Assembly: GCA_964247055.1 (NCBI GenBank)
Contig: OZ176050.1
Coordinates: 1,550,001-1,614,000 of the forward strand
Length of the DNA stretch: 64,000 nucleotides
Direction: 5' to 3'
From: Paragordius varius
Taxonomy: Eukaryota > Animalia > Nematomorpha
The notes below the pieces were generated by a model. It was not told where the DNA came from. It worked only from the letters and a program-made list of their open reading frames with translations, and did no database searches. This document shows positions 41,850-57,000 of the stretch, piece by piece. A program made the position numbers and the translations under genes. Within the stretch, counting starts at the first letter, position 1. Each line of letters opens with the position of its first letter.

Positions 41850-44800
41850 CTTTGTCCTTAAAAATCGGATATTGGTCACCGGTGAACAAAATTATTTTAT
41901 ATACATTCTCTTAGTAAGACTACATCAAAATATAGAGATAGTTTGACAAACTCTTTCATATCCGATTTTTACAACGATACTTTAAAAAATAATGTATTAA
42001 ACTAGTCGCATCAATACGTAAGCTAAACATTGTCGTTAAAAATCGGATATTGGTCACCGGTGAACAAAACTATTTTTTATACATTCTCTTAGTAAGACTA
42101 CATCAAAATATAGAGATAGTTTGACAAACTCTTTCACATCCGATTTTTACAACGATACTTTAAAAATTATGGTATTAAACCAGTCGTATCAATACTCAAG
42201 TTAAACTTTGTCCTTAAAAATCGGATATTGGTCACCGGTGAACAAAATTATTTTTTATATATTCTCTTAGTAAGACTACATCAAAATATAGAGATAGTTT
42301 GACAAACTCTTTCACATCCGATTTTTACAACGATACTTTAAAAATTAATGTATAAAACTAGTCGTATCAATAAATCGCATCAATACTCAAGTTAAACTTT
42401 GTCCTTAAAAATCGGATATTGGTCACCGGTGAACAAAATTATTTTCTATACATTCTCTTAGTAGGACTACATCAAAATATAGAGATAGTTTAGCAAACTC
42501 TTTCATATCCGATTTTTACAACGATACTTTAAAAATTAATGTATTAAACTAGTCGCATCAATACTCAAGTTAAACTTTGTCCTTAAAAATCGGATATTGG
42601 TCACCGGGGAACAAAATTTTTTTTTATACATTCTCTTAGTAAGACTACATCAAAATATAGAGATAGTTTGACAAACTCTTTCATATCCGATTTTTACAAC
42701 GATACTTTTAAAATTAATGTATAAAACTAGTCGTATCATTAAATCACATCAATACTCAAGTTAAACTTTGTCCTTAAAAATCGGATATTGGTCACCGGTG
42801 AACAAAATTATTTTCTATACATTCTCTTAGTAGGACTACATCAAAATATAGAGATAGTTTAGCAAACTCTTTCATATCCGATTTTTACAACGATACTTAA
42901 AAATTAATGTATTAAACCAGTCGCATCAATACTCAAGTTAAACTTTGTCCTTAAAAATCGGATATTGGTCACCGGTGAACAAAATTATTTTATATACATT
43001 CTCTTAGTAAGACTACATCAAAATATAGAGATAGTTTGACAAACTCTTTCATATCCGATTTTTACAACGATACTTTAAAAAATAATGTATTAAACTAGTC
43101 GCATCAATACGTAAGCTAAACATTGTCGTTAAAAATCGGATATTGGTCACCGGTGAACAAAACTATTTTTTATACATTCTCTTAGTAAGACTACATCAAA
43201 ATATAGAGATAGTTTGACAAACTCTTTCACATCCGATTTTTACAACGATACTTTAAAAATTATGGTATTAAACCAGTCGTATCAATACTCAAGTTAAACT
43301 TTGTCCTTAAAAATCGGATATTGGTCACCGGTGAACAAAATTATTTTTTATATATTCTCTTAGTAAGACTACATCAAAATATAGAGATAGTTTGACAAAC
43401 TCTTTCACATCCGATTTTTACAACGATACTTTAAAAATTAATGTATAAAACTAGTCGTATCAATAAATCGCATCAATACTCAAGTTAAACTTTGTCCTTA
43501 AAAATCGGATATTGGTCACCGGTGAACAAAATTATTTTCTATACATTCTCTTAGTAGGACTACATCAAAATATAGAGATAGTTTAGCAAACTCTTTCATA
43601 TCCGATTTTTACAACGATACTTTAAAAATTAATGTATTAAACTAGTCGCATCAATACTCAAGTTAAACTTTGTCCTTAAAAATCGGATATTGGTCACCGG
43701 GGAACAAAATTTTTTTTTATACATTCTCTTAGTAAGACTACATCAAAATATAGAGATAGTTTGACAAACTCTTTCATATCCGATTTTTACAACGATACTT
43801 TTAAAATTAATGTATAAAACTAGTCGTATCATTAAATCACATCAATACTCAAGTTAAACTTTGTCCTTAAAAATCGGATATTGGTCACCGGTGAACAAAA
43901 TTATTTTTTATACATTCTCTTAGTAGGACTACATAAAAATATAGAGATAGTTTGGCAAACTCTTTCACATCCAATTTTTACAACGATACTTTAAAAATTA
44001 TGGTATTAAACCAGTCGTATCAATACTCAAGTTAAACTTTGTCCTTAAAAATCGGATATTGGTCACCGGTGAACAAAATTATTTTTTATACATTCTCTTA
44101 GCAAGACTACATCAAAATATAGAGATAGTTTGACAAACTCTTTCACATCCGATTTTTACAACGATACTTTAAAAATTAATGTATAAAACTAGTCGTATCA
44201 ATAAATCGCATCAATACTCAAGTTAAACTTTGTCCTTAAAAATCGGATATTGGTCACCGGTGAACAAAATTATTTTCTATACATTCTCTTAGTAGGACTA
44301 CATCAAAATATAGAGATAGTTTAGCAAACTCTTTCATATCCGATTTTTACAACGATACTTTAAAAATTAATGTATTAAACTAGTCGCATCAATACTCAAG
44401 TTAAACTTTGTCCTTAAAAATCGGATATTGGTCACCGGGGAACAAAATTTTTTTTTATACATTCTCTTAGTAAGACTACATCAAAATATAGAAATAGTTT
44501 GACAAACTTTTTCATATCCGATTTTTACAACGATACTTTAAAAATTATGGTATTAAACCAGTCGCATCAATACTCAAGTTAAACTTTGTCCTTAAAAATC
44601 GGATATTGGTCACCGGTGAACAAAATTATTTTATATACATTCTCTTAGTAAGACTACATCAAAATATAGAGATAGTTTGACAAACTCTTTCATATCCGAT
44701 TTTTACAACGATACTTTAAAAAATAATGTATTAAACTAGTCGCATCAATACGTAAGCTAAACATTGTCCTTAAAAATCGGATATTGGTCACCGGTGAACA

Positions 44801-46330
44801 AAACTATTTTTTATACATTCTCTTAGTAATACTACATCAAAATATAGAGATAGTTTGACAAACTCTTTCACATCCGATTTTTACAACGATACTTTAAAAA
44901 TTAATGTATAAAACTAGTCGTATCAATAAATCACATCAATACTCAAGTTAAACTTTGTCCTTAAAAATCGGATATTGGTCACCGGTGAACAAAATTATTT
45001 TTTATACATTCTCTTAGTAGGACTACATAAAAATATAGAGATAGTTTGGCAAACTCTTTCATATCCAATTTTTACAACGATACTTTAAAAATTATGGTAT
45101 TAAACCAGTCGTATCAATACTCAAGTTAAACTTTGTCCTTAAAAATCGGATATTGGTCACCGGTGAACAAAATTATTTTTTATACATTCTCTTAGTAGGA
45201 CTACATCAAAATATAGAGATAGTTTGGCAAACTCTTTCATATCCGATTTTTACAACGATACTTTAATTATGGTATTAAACCAGACGTATCAATACTCAAG
45301 TTAAACTTTGTCCTTAAAAAGGTCACCGGTGAACAAAATTATTTTTTATACATTCTCTTAGTAAGACTACATCAAAATATAGAGATAGTTTGACAAACTC
45401 TTTCATATCCGATTTTTACAACGATACTTTAAAAATTATGGTATTAAACCAGTCGCATCAATACTCAAGTTAAACTTTGTCCTTAAAAATCGGATATTGG
45501 TCACCGGTGAGCAAAATTATTTTATATACATTCTCTTAGTAAGACTACATCAAAATATAGAGATAGTTTGACAAACTCTTTCATATCCGATTTTTACAAC
45601 GATACTTTAAAAAATAATGTATTAAACTAGTCGCATCAATACGTAAGCTAAACATTGTCCTTAAAAATCGGATATTGGTCACCGGTGAACAAAACTATTT
45701 TTTATACATTCTCTTAGTAATACTACATCAAAATATAGAGATAGTTTGACAAACTCTTTCACATCCGATTTTTACAACGATACTTTAAAAATTAATGTAT
45801 AAAACTAGTCGTATCAATAAATCACATCAATACTCAAGTTAAACTTTGTCCTTAAAAATCGGATATTGGTCACCGGTGAACAAAATTATTTTTTATACAT
45901 TCTCTTAGTAGGACTACATAAAAATATAGAGATAGTTTGGCAAACTCTTTCATATCCAATTTTTACAACGATACTTTAAAAATTATGGTATTAAACCAGT
46001 CGTATCAATACTCAAGTTAAACTTTGTCCTTAAAAATCGGATATTGGTCACCGGTGAACAAAATTATTTTTTATACATTCTCTTAGTAGGACTACATCAA
46101 AATATAGAGATAGTTTGGCAAACTCTTTCATATCCGATTTTTACAACGATACTTTAATTATGGTATTAAACCAGACGTATCAATACTCAAGTTAAACTTT
46201 GTCCTTAAAAAGGTCACCGGTGAACAAAATTATTTTTTATACATTCTCTTAGTAAGACTACATCAAAATATAGAGATAGTTTGACAAACTCTTTCATATC
46301 CGATTTTTATAACGATACTTTAAAAATTAA
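41850..46330 (+). repeat. 6-mer duplication (1093 bp) followed by 5-mer duplication (891 bp)
   Basis: tgtcgtt variant at 42031/43124; 9 bp deletion aaaaa^ggtcacc at 45321/46212. Confidence 0.85.
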
Positions 46331-49300
46331 TGTATTAAACTAGTCGCATCAATACTCAAGTTAAACTTTGTCCTTAAAAACCGGATATTGGTCACCGGGG
46401 AACAAATTATTTTTTATACATTCTCTTAGTAGGACTACATCAAAATATAGAGATAGTTTGGCAAACTCTTTCATATCCAATTTTTACAACGATACTTTAA
46501 AAATTAATGTATAAAACTAGTCGCATCAATACTCAAGTTAAACTTTGTCCTTAAAAATCGGATATTGGTCACCGGTGAACAAATTATTTTTATACATTCT
46601 CTTAGTAAGACTAGATCAAAATATAGAAATAGTTTGACAAACTCTTTCACATCCGATTTTTACAACGATACTTTAAAAATTAATGTATAAAACTAGTCGT
46701 ATCAATAAATCGCATCAATACTCAAGTTAAACTTTGTCCTTAAAAATCGGATATTGGTCACCGGTGAACAAAATTATTTTTATACAACTCTTAGTAGGAC
46801 TACATCAAAATATAGAGATAGTTTGACAAACTCTTTCATATCCGATTTTTACAACGATACTTTAAAAATTATGGTATTAAACCAGTCGCATCAATACTCA
46901 AGTTAAACTTTGTCCTTAAAAATCGGATATTGGTCACCGGTGAACAAAACTATTTTTTATACATTCTCTTAGTAAGACTACATCAAAATATAGAGATAGT
47001 TTGACAAACTCTTTCACATCCGATTTTTACAACGATACTTTAAAAATTAATGTATAAAACTAGTCGTATCAATAAATCGCATCAATACTCAAGTTAAACT
47101 TTGTCCTTAAAAATCGGATATTGGTCACCGGTGAACAAAATTATTTTCTATACATTCTCTTAGTAGGACTACATCAAAATATAGAGATAGTTTAGCAAAC
47201 TCTTTCATATCCGATTTTTACAACGATACTTTAAAAATTAATGTATAAAACTAGTCGCATCAATACTCAAGTTAAACTTTGTCCTTAAAAATCGGATATT
47301 GGTCACCGGTGAACAAAATTATTTTTTATACATTCTCTTAGTAAGACTACATCAAAATATAGAAATAGTTTGACAAACTTTTTCATATCCGATTTTTACA
47401 ACGATACTTTAAAAAATATGATATTAAACCAGTCGTATCAATACTCAAGTTAAACTTTGTCCTTAAAAATCGGATATTGGTCACCGGTGAACAAAATTAT
47501 TTTTTATACATTCTCTTAGTAAGACTACATCAAAATATAGAAATAGTTTGACAAACTTTTTCATATCCGATTTTTACAACGATACTTTAAAAATTATGGT
47601 ATTAAACCAGTCGCATCAATACTCAAGTTAAACTTTGTCCTTAAAAATCGGATATTGGTCACCGGTGAACAAAATTATTTTTTATACAACTCTTAGTAGG
47701 ACTACATCAAAATATAGAGATAGTTTGACAAACTCTTTCATATCCGATTTTTACAACGATACTTTAAAAATTATGGTATTAAACCAGTCGCATCAATACT
47801 CAAGTTAAACTTTGTCCTTAAAAATCGGATATTGGTCACCGGTGAACAAAACTATTTTTTATACATTCTCTTAGTAAGACTACATCAAAATATAGAGATA
47901 GTTTGACAAACTCTTTCACATCCGATTTTTACAACGATACTTTAAAAATTAATGTATAAAACTAGTCGTATCAATAAATCGCATCAATACTCAAGTTAAA
48001 CTTTGTCCTTAAAAATCGGATATTGGTCACCGGTGAACAAAATTATTTTCTATACATTCTCTTAGTAGGACTACATCAAAATATAGAGATAGTTTAGCAA
48101 ACTCTTTCATATCCGATTTTTACAACGATACTTTAAAAATTAATGTATAAAACTAGTCGCATCAATACTCAAGTTAAACTTTGTCCTTAAAAATCGGATA
48201 TTGGTCACCGGTGAACAAAATTATTTTTTATACATTCTCTTAGTAAGACTACATCAAAATATAGAAATAGTTTGACAAACTTTTTCATATCCGATTTTTA
48301 CAACGATACTTTAAAAATTAATGTATAAAACTAGTCGTATCAATAAATCGCATCAATACTCAAGTTAAACTTTGTCCTTAAAAATCGGATATTGGTCACC
48401 GATGAACAAAATTATTTTTTATACATTCTCTTAGTAGGACTACATCAAAATATAGAGATAGTTTGGCAAACTCTTTCATATCCGATTTTTACAACGATAC
48501 TTTAATTATGGTATTAAACCAGAAGTATCAATACTCAAGTTAAACTTTGTCCTTAAAAAGGTCACCGGTGAACAAAATTATTTTTTATACATTCTCTTAG
48601 TAAGACTACATCAAAATATAGTGATAGTTTGACAAACTCTTTCATATCCGATTTTTACAACGATACTTTAAAAATTAATGTATTAAACTAGTCGCATCAA
48701 TACTCAAGTTAAACTTTGTCCTTAAAAATCGGATATTGGTCACCGGTGAACAAAATTATTTTTTATACATTCTCTTAGTAGGACTACATCAAAATATAGA
48801 GATAGTTTGGCAAACTCTTTCATATCCGATTTTTACAACGATACTTTAAAAATTAATGTATTAAACTAGTCGCATCAATACTCAAGTTAAACTTTGTCCT
48901 TAAAAATCGGATATTGGTCACCGGGGAACAAATTATTTTTTATACATTCTCTTAGTAAGACTACATCAAAATATAGAGATAGTTTGACAAACTCTTTCAC
49001 ATCCGATTTTTACAACGATACTTTAAAAATTAATGTATAAAACTAGTCGTATCAATAAATCGCATCAATACTCAAGTTAAACTTTGTCCTTAAAAATCGG
49101 ATATTGGTCACCGGTGAACAAAATTATTTTCTATACATTCTCTTAGTAGGACTACATCAAAATATAGAGATAGTTTAGCAAACTCTTTCATATCCGATTT
49201 TTACAACGATACTTTAAAAATTAATGTATTAAACTAGTCGCATCAATACTCAAGTTAAACTTTGTCCTTAAAAATCGGATATTGGTCACCGGGGAACAAA

Positions 49301-52300
49301 TTATTTTTTATACATTCTCTTAGTAAGACTACATCAAAATATAGAGATAGTTTGACAAACTCTTTCACATCCGATTTTTACAACGATACTTTAAAAATTA
49401 ATGTATAAAACTAGTCGCATCAATACTCAAGTTAAACTTTGTCCTTAAAAATCGGATATTGGTCACCGGTGAACAAAATTATTTTTTATACATTCTCTTA
49501 GTAAGACTACATCAAAATATAGAAATAGTTTGACAAACTTTTTCATATCCGATTTTTACAACGATACTTTAAAAATTAATGTATAAAACTAGTCGTATCA
49601 ATAAATCGCATCAATACTCAAGTTAAACTTTGTCCTTAAAAATCGGATATTGGTCACCGGTGAACAAAATTATTTTTTATACATTCTCTTAGTAGGACTA
49701 CATCAAAATATAGAGATAGTTTGGCAAACTCTTTCATATCCGATTTTTACAACGATACTTTAATTATGGTATTAAACCAGACGTATCAATACTCAAGTTA
49801 AACTTTGTCCTTAAAAAGGTCACCGGTGAACAAAATTATTTTTTATACATTCTCTTAGTAAGACTACATCAAAATATAGAGATAGTTTGACAAACTCTTT
49901 CATATCCGATTTTTACAACGATACTTTAAAAATTAATGTATTAAACTAGTCGCATCAATACTCAAGTTAAACTTTGTCCTTAAAAATCGGATATTGGTCA
50001 CCGGGGAACAAATTATTTTTTATACATTCTCTTAGTAAGACTACATCAAAATATAGAGATAGTTTGACAAACTCTTTCACATCCGATTTTTACAACGATA
50101 CTTTAAAAATTAATGTATAAAACTAGTCGTATCAATAAATCGCATCAATACTCAAGTTAAACTTTGTCCTTAAAAATCGGATATTGGTCACCGGTGAACA
50201 AAATTATTTTCTATACATTCTCTTAGTAGGACTACATCAAAATATAGAGATAGTTTAGCAAACTCTTTCATATCCGATTTTTACAACGATACTTTAAAAA
50301 TTAATGTATAAAACTAGTCGCATCAATACTCAAGTTAAACTTTGTCCTTAAAAATCGGATATTGGTCACCGGTGAACAAAATTATTTTCTATACATTCTC
50401 TTAGTAGGACTACATCAAAATATAGAGATAGTTTAGCAAACTCTTTCATATCCGATTTTTACAACGATACTTTAAAAATTAATGTATAAAACTAGTCGCA
50501 TCAATACTCAAGTTAAACTTTGTCCTTAAAAATCGGATATTGGTCACCGGTGAACAAAATTATTTTTTATACATTCTCTTAGTAAGACTACATCAAAATA
50601 TAGAAATAGTTTGACAAACTTTTTCATATCCGATTTTTACAACGATACTTTAAAAATTAATGTATAAAACTAGTCGTATCAATAAATCGCATCAATACTC
50701 AAGTTAAACTTTGTCCTTAAAAATCGGATATTGGTCACCGGTGAACAAAATTATTTTTTATACATTCTCTTAGTAGGACTACATCAAAATATAGAGATAG
50801 TTTGGCAAACTCTTTCATATCCGATTTTTACAACGATACTTTAATTATGGTATTAAACCAGACGTATCAATACTCAAGTTAAACTTTGTCCTTAAAAAGG
50901 TCACCGGTGAACAAAATTATTTTTTATACATTCTCTTAGTAAGACTACATCAAAATATAGAGATAGTTTGACAAACTCTTTCATATCCGATTTTTACAAC
51001 GATACTTTAAAAATTAATGTATTAAACTAGTCGCATCAATACTCAAGTTAAACTTTGTCCTTAAAAATCGGATATTGGTCACCGGGGAACAAATTATTTT
51101 TTATACATTCTCTTAGTAGGACTACATCAAAATATAGAGATAGTTTGGCAAACTCTTTCATATCCAATTTTTACAACGATACTTTAAAAATTAATGTATA
51201 AAACTAGTCGCATCAATACTCAAGTTAAACTTTGTCCTTAAAAATCGGATATTGGTCACCGGTGAACAAATTATTTTTATACATTCTCTTAGTAAGACTA
51301 GATCAAAATATAGAAATAGTTTGACAAACTCTTTCACATCCGATTTTTACAACGATACTTTAAAAATTAATGTATAAAACTAGTCGTATCAATAAATCGC
51401 ATCAATACTCAAGTTAAACTTTGTCCTTAAAAATCGGATATTGGTCACCGGTGAACAAAATTATTTTTTATACAACTCTTAGTAGGACTACATCAAAATA
51501 TAGAGATAGTTTGACAAACTCTTTCATATCCGATTTTTACAACGATACTTTAAAAATTATGGTATTAAACCAGTCGCATCAATACTCAAGTTAAACTTTG
51601 TCCTTAAAAATCGGATATTGGTCACCGGTGAACAAAACTATTTTTTATACATTCTCTTAGTAAGACTACATCAAAATATAGAGATAGTTTGACAAACTCT
51701 TTCACATCCGATTTTTACAACGATACTTTAAAAATTAATGTATAAAACTAGTCGTATCAATAAATCGCATCAATACTCAAGTTAAACTTTGTCCTTAAAA
51801 ATCGGATATTGGTCACCGGTGAACAAAATTATTTTCTATACATTCTCTTAGTAGGACTACATCAAAATATAGAGATAGTTTAGCAAACTCTTTCATATCC
51901 GATTTTTACAACGATACTTTAAAAATTAATGTATAAAACTAGTCGCATCAATACTCAAGTTAAACTTTGTCCTTAAAAATCGGATATTGGTCACCGGTGA
52001 ACAAAATTATTTTTTATACATTCTCTTAGTAAGACTACATCAAAATATAGAAATAGTTTGACAAACTTTTTCATATCCGATTTTTACAACGATACTTTAA
52101 AAAATATGGTATTAAACCAGTCGTATCAATACTCAAGTTAAACTTTGTCCTTAAAAATCGGATATTGGTCACCGGTGAACAAAATTATTTTTTATACATT
52201 CTCTTAGTAAGACTACATCAAAATATAGAGATAGTTTGGCAAACTCTTTCATATCCAATTTTTACAACGATACTTTAAAAATTAATGTATTAAACTAGTC

Positions 52301-54000
52301 GCATCAATACTCAAGTTAAACTTTGTCCTTAAAAATCGGATATTGGTCACCGGGGAACAAAATTTTTTTTTATACATTCTCTTAGTAAGACTACATCAAA
52401 ATATAGAAATAGTTTGACAAACTTTTTCATATCCGATTTTTACAACGATACTTTAAAAATTATGGTATTAAACCAGTCGCATCAATACTCAAGTTAAACT
52501 TTGTCCTTAAAAATCGGATATTGGTCACCGGTGAACAAAATTATTTTATATACATTCTCTTAGTAAGACTACATCAAAATATAGAGATAGTTTGACAAAC
52601 TCTTTCATATCCGATTTTTACAACGATACTTTAAAAATTAATGTATAAAACTAGTCGTATCAATAAATCGCATCAATACTCAAGTTAAACTTTGTCCTTA
52701 AAAATCGGATATTGGTCACCGGTGAACAAAATTATTTTTTATACATTCTCTTAGTAGGACTGCATCAAAATATAGAGATAGTTTGGCAAACTCTTTCATA
52801 TCCAATTTTTACAACGATACTTTAAAAATTAATGTATTAAACTAGTCGCATCAATACTCAAGTTAAACTTTGTCCTTAAAAATCGGATATTGGTCACCGG
52901 GGAACAAATTATTTTTTATACATTCTCTTAGTAGGACTACATCAAAATATAGAGATAGTTTGGCAAACTCTTTCATATCCAATTTTTACAACGATACTTT
53001 AAAAATTAATGTATAAAACTAGTCGCATCAATACTCAAGTTAATCTTTGTCCTTAAAAATCGGATATTGGTCACCGGTGAACAAATTATTTTTATACATT
53101 CTCTTAGGACTAGATCAAAATATAGAAATAGTTTGAGAAACTCTTTCACATCCGATTTTTACAACGATACTTTAAAAATTAATGTATAAAACTAGTCGTA
53201 TCAATAAATCGCATCAATACTCAAGTTAAACTTTGTCCTTAAAAATCGGATATTGGTCACCGGTGAACAAAATTATTTTTTATACAACTCTTAGTAGGAC
53301 TACATCAAAATATAGAGATAGTTTGACAAACTCTTTCATATCCGATTTTTACAACGATACTTTAAAAATTATGGTATTAAACAGTCGCATCAATACTCAA
53401 GTTAAACTTTGTCCTTAAAAATCGGATATTGGTCACCGGTGAACAAAACTATTTTTTATACATTCTCTTAGTAAGACTACATCAAAATATAGAGATAGTT
53501 TGACAAACTCTTTCACATCCGATTTTTACAACGATACTTTAAAAATTAATGTATAAAACTAGTCGTATCAATAAATCGCATCAATACTCAAGTTAAACTT
53601 TGTCCTTAAAAATCGGATATTGGTCACCGGTGAACAAAATTATTTTCTATACATTCTCTTAGTAGGACTACATCAAAATATAGAGATAGTTTAGCAAACT
53701 CTTTCATATCCGATTTTTACAACGATACTTTAAAAATTAATGTATAAAACTAGTCGCATCAATACTCAAGTTAAACTTTGTCCTTAAAAATCGGATATTG
53801 GTCATCGGGGAACAAAATTTTTTTTTATACATTCTCTTAGTAAGACTACATCAAAATATAGAAATAGTTTGACAAACTTTTTCATATCCGATTTTTACAA
53901 CGATACTTTAAAAAATATGATATTAAACCAGTCGTATCAATACTCAAGTTAAACTTTGTCCTTAAAAATCGGATATTGGTCACCGGTGAACAAAATTATT
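46330..54000 (+). repeat. Mosaic HOR block with recurrences at 26-mer (4687 bp), 10-mer (1812 bp), 7-mer (1258 bp) and 6-mer (1081 bp) offsets
   Basis: ctagatc variant at 46611/51298/53110; 9 bp deletion at 48560/49818/50899. Confidence 0.75.
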
Positions 54001-57000
54001 TTTTATACATTCTCTTAGTAAGACTACATCAAAATATAGAAATAGTTTGACAAACTTTTTCATATCCGATTTTTACAACGATACTTTAAAAATTATGGTA
54101 TTAAACCAGTCGCATCAATACTCAAGTTAAACTTTGTCCTTAAAAATCGGATATTGGTCACCGGTGAACAAAATTATTTTTTATACAACTCTTAGTAGGA
54201 CTACATCAAAATATAGAGATAGTTTGACAAACTCTTTCAAATCCGATTTTTACAACGATACTTTAAAAATTAATGTATTAAACTAGTCGCATCAATACTC
54301 AAGTTAAACTTTGTCCTTAAAAATCGGATATTGGTCACCGGTGAACAAAATTATTTTTTATACATTCTCTTAGCAAGACTACATCAAAATATAGAGATAG
54401 TTTGACAAACTCTTTCATATCCGATTTTTACAACGATACTTTAAAAATTAATGTATAAAACTAGTCGTATCAATAAATCGCATCAATACTCAAGTTAAAC
54501 TTTGTCCTTAAAAATCGGATATTGGTCACCGGTGAACAAAATTATTTTTTATACATTCTCTTAGTAGGAGTACATCAAAATATAGAGATAGTTTGGCAAA
54601 CTCTTTCATATCCGATTTTTACAACGATACTTTAATTATAGTATTAAACCAGACGTATCAATACTCAAGTTAAACTTTGTCTTTAAAAATCGGATATTGG
54701 TCACCGGTGAACAAAATTATTTTTTATACATTCTCTTAGTAAGACTACATAAAAATATAGAGATAGTTTGACAAATTCATTCATATCCGATTTTTACAAC
54801 GATATTTAAAAATTAATGTATTAAACTAGTCGCATCAATACTCAAGTTAAACTTTGTCCTTAAAAGTCGGATATTGGTCACCGGGGAACAAATTATTTTT
54901 TATACATTCTCTTAGTAGGACTACATCAAAATATAGAAATAGTTTGGCAAACTCTTTCATATCCGATTTTTACAACGATACTTTAAAAATTAATGTATAA
55001 AACTAGTCGTATCAACAAATCGCATCAATACTCAAGTTAAACTTTGTCCTTAAAAATCGGATATTGGTCACCGGTGAACAAAATTATTTTTTATACATTC
55101 TCTTAGTAGGAGTACATCAAAATATAGAGATAGTTTGGCAAACTCTTTCATATCCGATTTTTACAACGATACTTTAATTATGGTATTAAACCAGACGTAT
55201 CAATACTCAAGTTAAACTTTGTCCTTAAAAATCGGATATTGGTCACCGGTGAACAAAATTATTTTTTATACATTCTCTTAGTAGGACTACATCAAAATAT
55301 AGAGATAGTTTAGCAAACTCTTTCATATCCGATTTTTACAACGATACTTTAAAAAATAATGTATAAAACTAGTCGCATCAATACTCAAGTTAAACTTTGT
55401 CCTTAAAAATCGGATATTGGTCACCGGTGAACAAAATTATTTTTTAAACATTCTCTTAGTAAGACTACATCAAAATATAGAAATAGTTTGACAAACTTTT
55501 TCATATCCGATTTTTACAACGATACTTTAAAAAATATGGTATTAAACCAGTCGTATCAATACTCAAGTTAAACTTTGTCCTTAAAAATCGGATATTGGTC
55601 ACCGGTGAACAAAATTATTTTTTATACATTCTCTTAGTAAGACTACATCAAAATATAGAAATAGTTTGACAAACTTGTTCATATCCGATTTTTACAACGA
55701 TACTTTAAAAATTATGGTATTAAACCAGTCGTATCAATACTCAAGTTAAACTTTGTCCTTAAAAATCGGATATTGGTCACCGGTGAACAAAATTATTTTA
55801 TATACATTCTCTTAGTAAGACTACATCAAAATATAGAGATAGTTTGACAAACTCTTTCATATCCGATTTTTACAACGATACTTTAAAAATTAATGTATTA
55901 AACTAGTCGCATCAATACTCAAGTTAAACTTTGTCCTTAAAAATCGGATATTGGTCACCGGTGAACAAAATTATTTTTTATACATTCTCTTAGCAAGACT
56001 ACATCAAAATATAGAGATAGTTTGACAAACTCTTTCATATCCGATTTTTACAACGATACTTTAAAAATTAATGTATAAAACTAGTCGTATCAACAAATCG
56101 CATCAATACTCAAGTTAAACTTTGTCCTTAAAAATCGGATATTGGTCACCGGTGAACAAAATTATTTTTTATACATTCTCTTAGTAGGAGTACATCAAAA
56201 TATAGAGATAGTTTGGCAAACTCTTTCATATCCAATTTTTACAACGATACTTTAAAAATTAATGTATAAAACTAGTCGCATCAATACTCAAGTTAAACTT
56301 TGTCCTTAAAAATCGGATATTGGTCACCGGTGAACAAATTATTTTTATACATTCTCTTAGTAAGACTACATCAAAATATAGAGATAGTTTGACAAACTCT
56401 TTCATATCCGATTTTTACAACGATACTTTAAAAATTAATGTATAAAACTAGTCGTATCAACAAATCGCATCAATACTCAAGTTAAACTTTGTCCTTAAAA
56501 ATCGGATATTGGTCACCGGTGAACAAAATTATTTTTTAAACATTCTCTTAGTAAGACTACATCAAAATATAGAAATAGTTTGACAAACTTTTTCATATCC
56601 GATTTTTACAACGATACTTTAAAAAATATGGTATTAAACCAGTCGTATCAATACTCAAGTTAAACTTTGTCCTTAAAAATCGGATATTGGTCACCGGTGA
56701 ACAAATTATTTTTATACATTCTCTTAGTAAGACTACATCAAAATATAGAGATAGTTTGACAAACTCTTTCATATCCGATTTTTACAACGATACTTTAAAA
56801 ATTAATGTATAAAACTAGTCGTATCAACAAATCGCATCAATACTCAAGTTAAACTTTGTCCTTAAAAATCGGATATTGGTCACCGGTGAACAAAATTATT
56901 TTTTAAACATTCTCTTAGTAAGACTACATAAAAATATAGAGATAGTTTGACAAATTCATTCATATCCGATTTTTACAACGATATTTAAAAATTAATGTAT

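Noticed and set aside
53233-53418. 61 aa ORF MSLKIGYW...
   Set aside because: A TTG-start reading of one satellite monomer, left open by chance indels and SNPs; no coding evidence.
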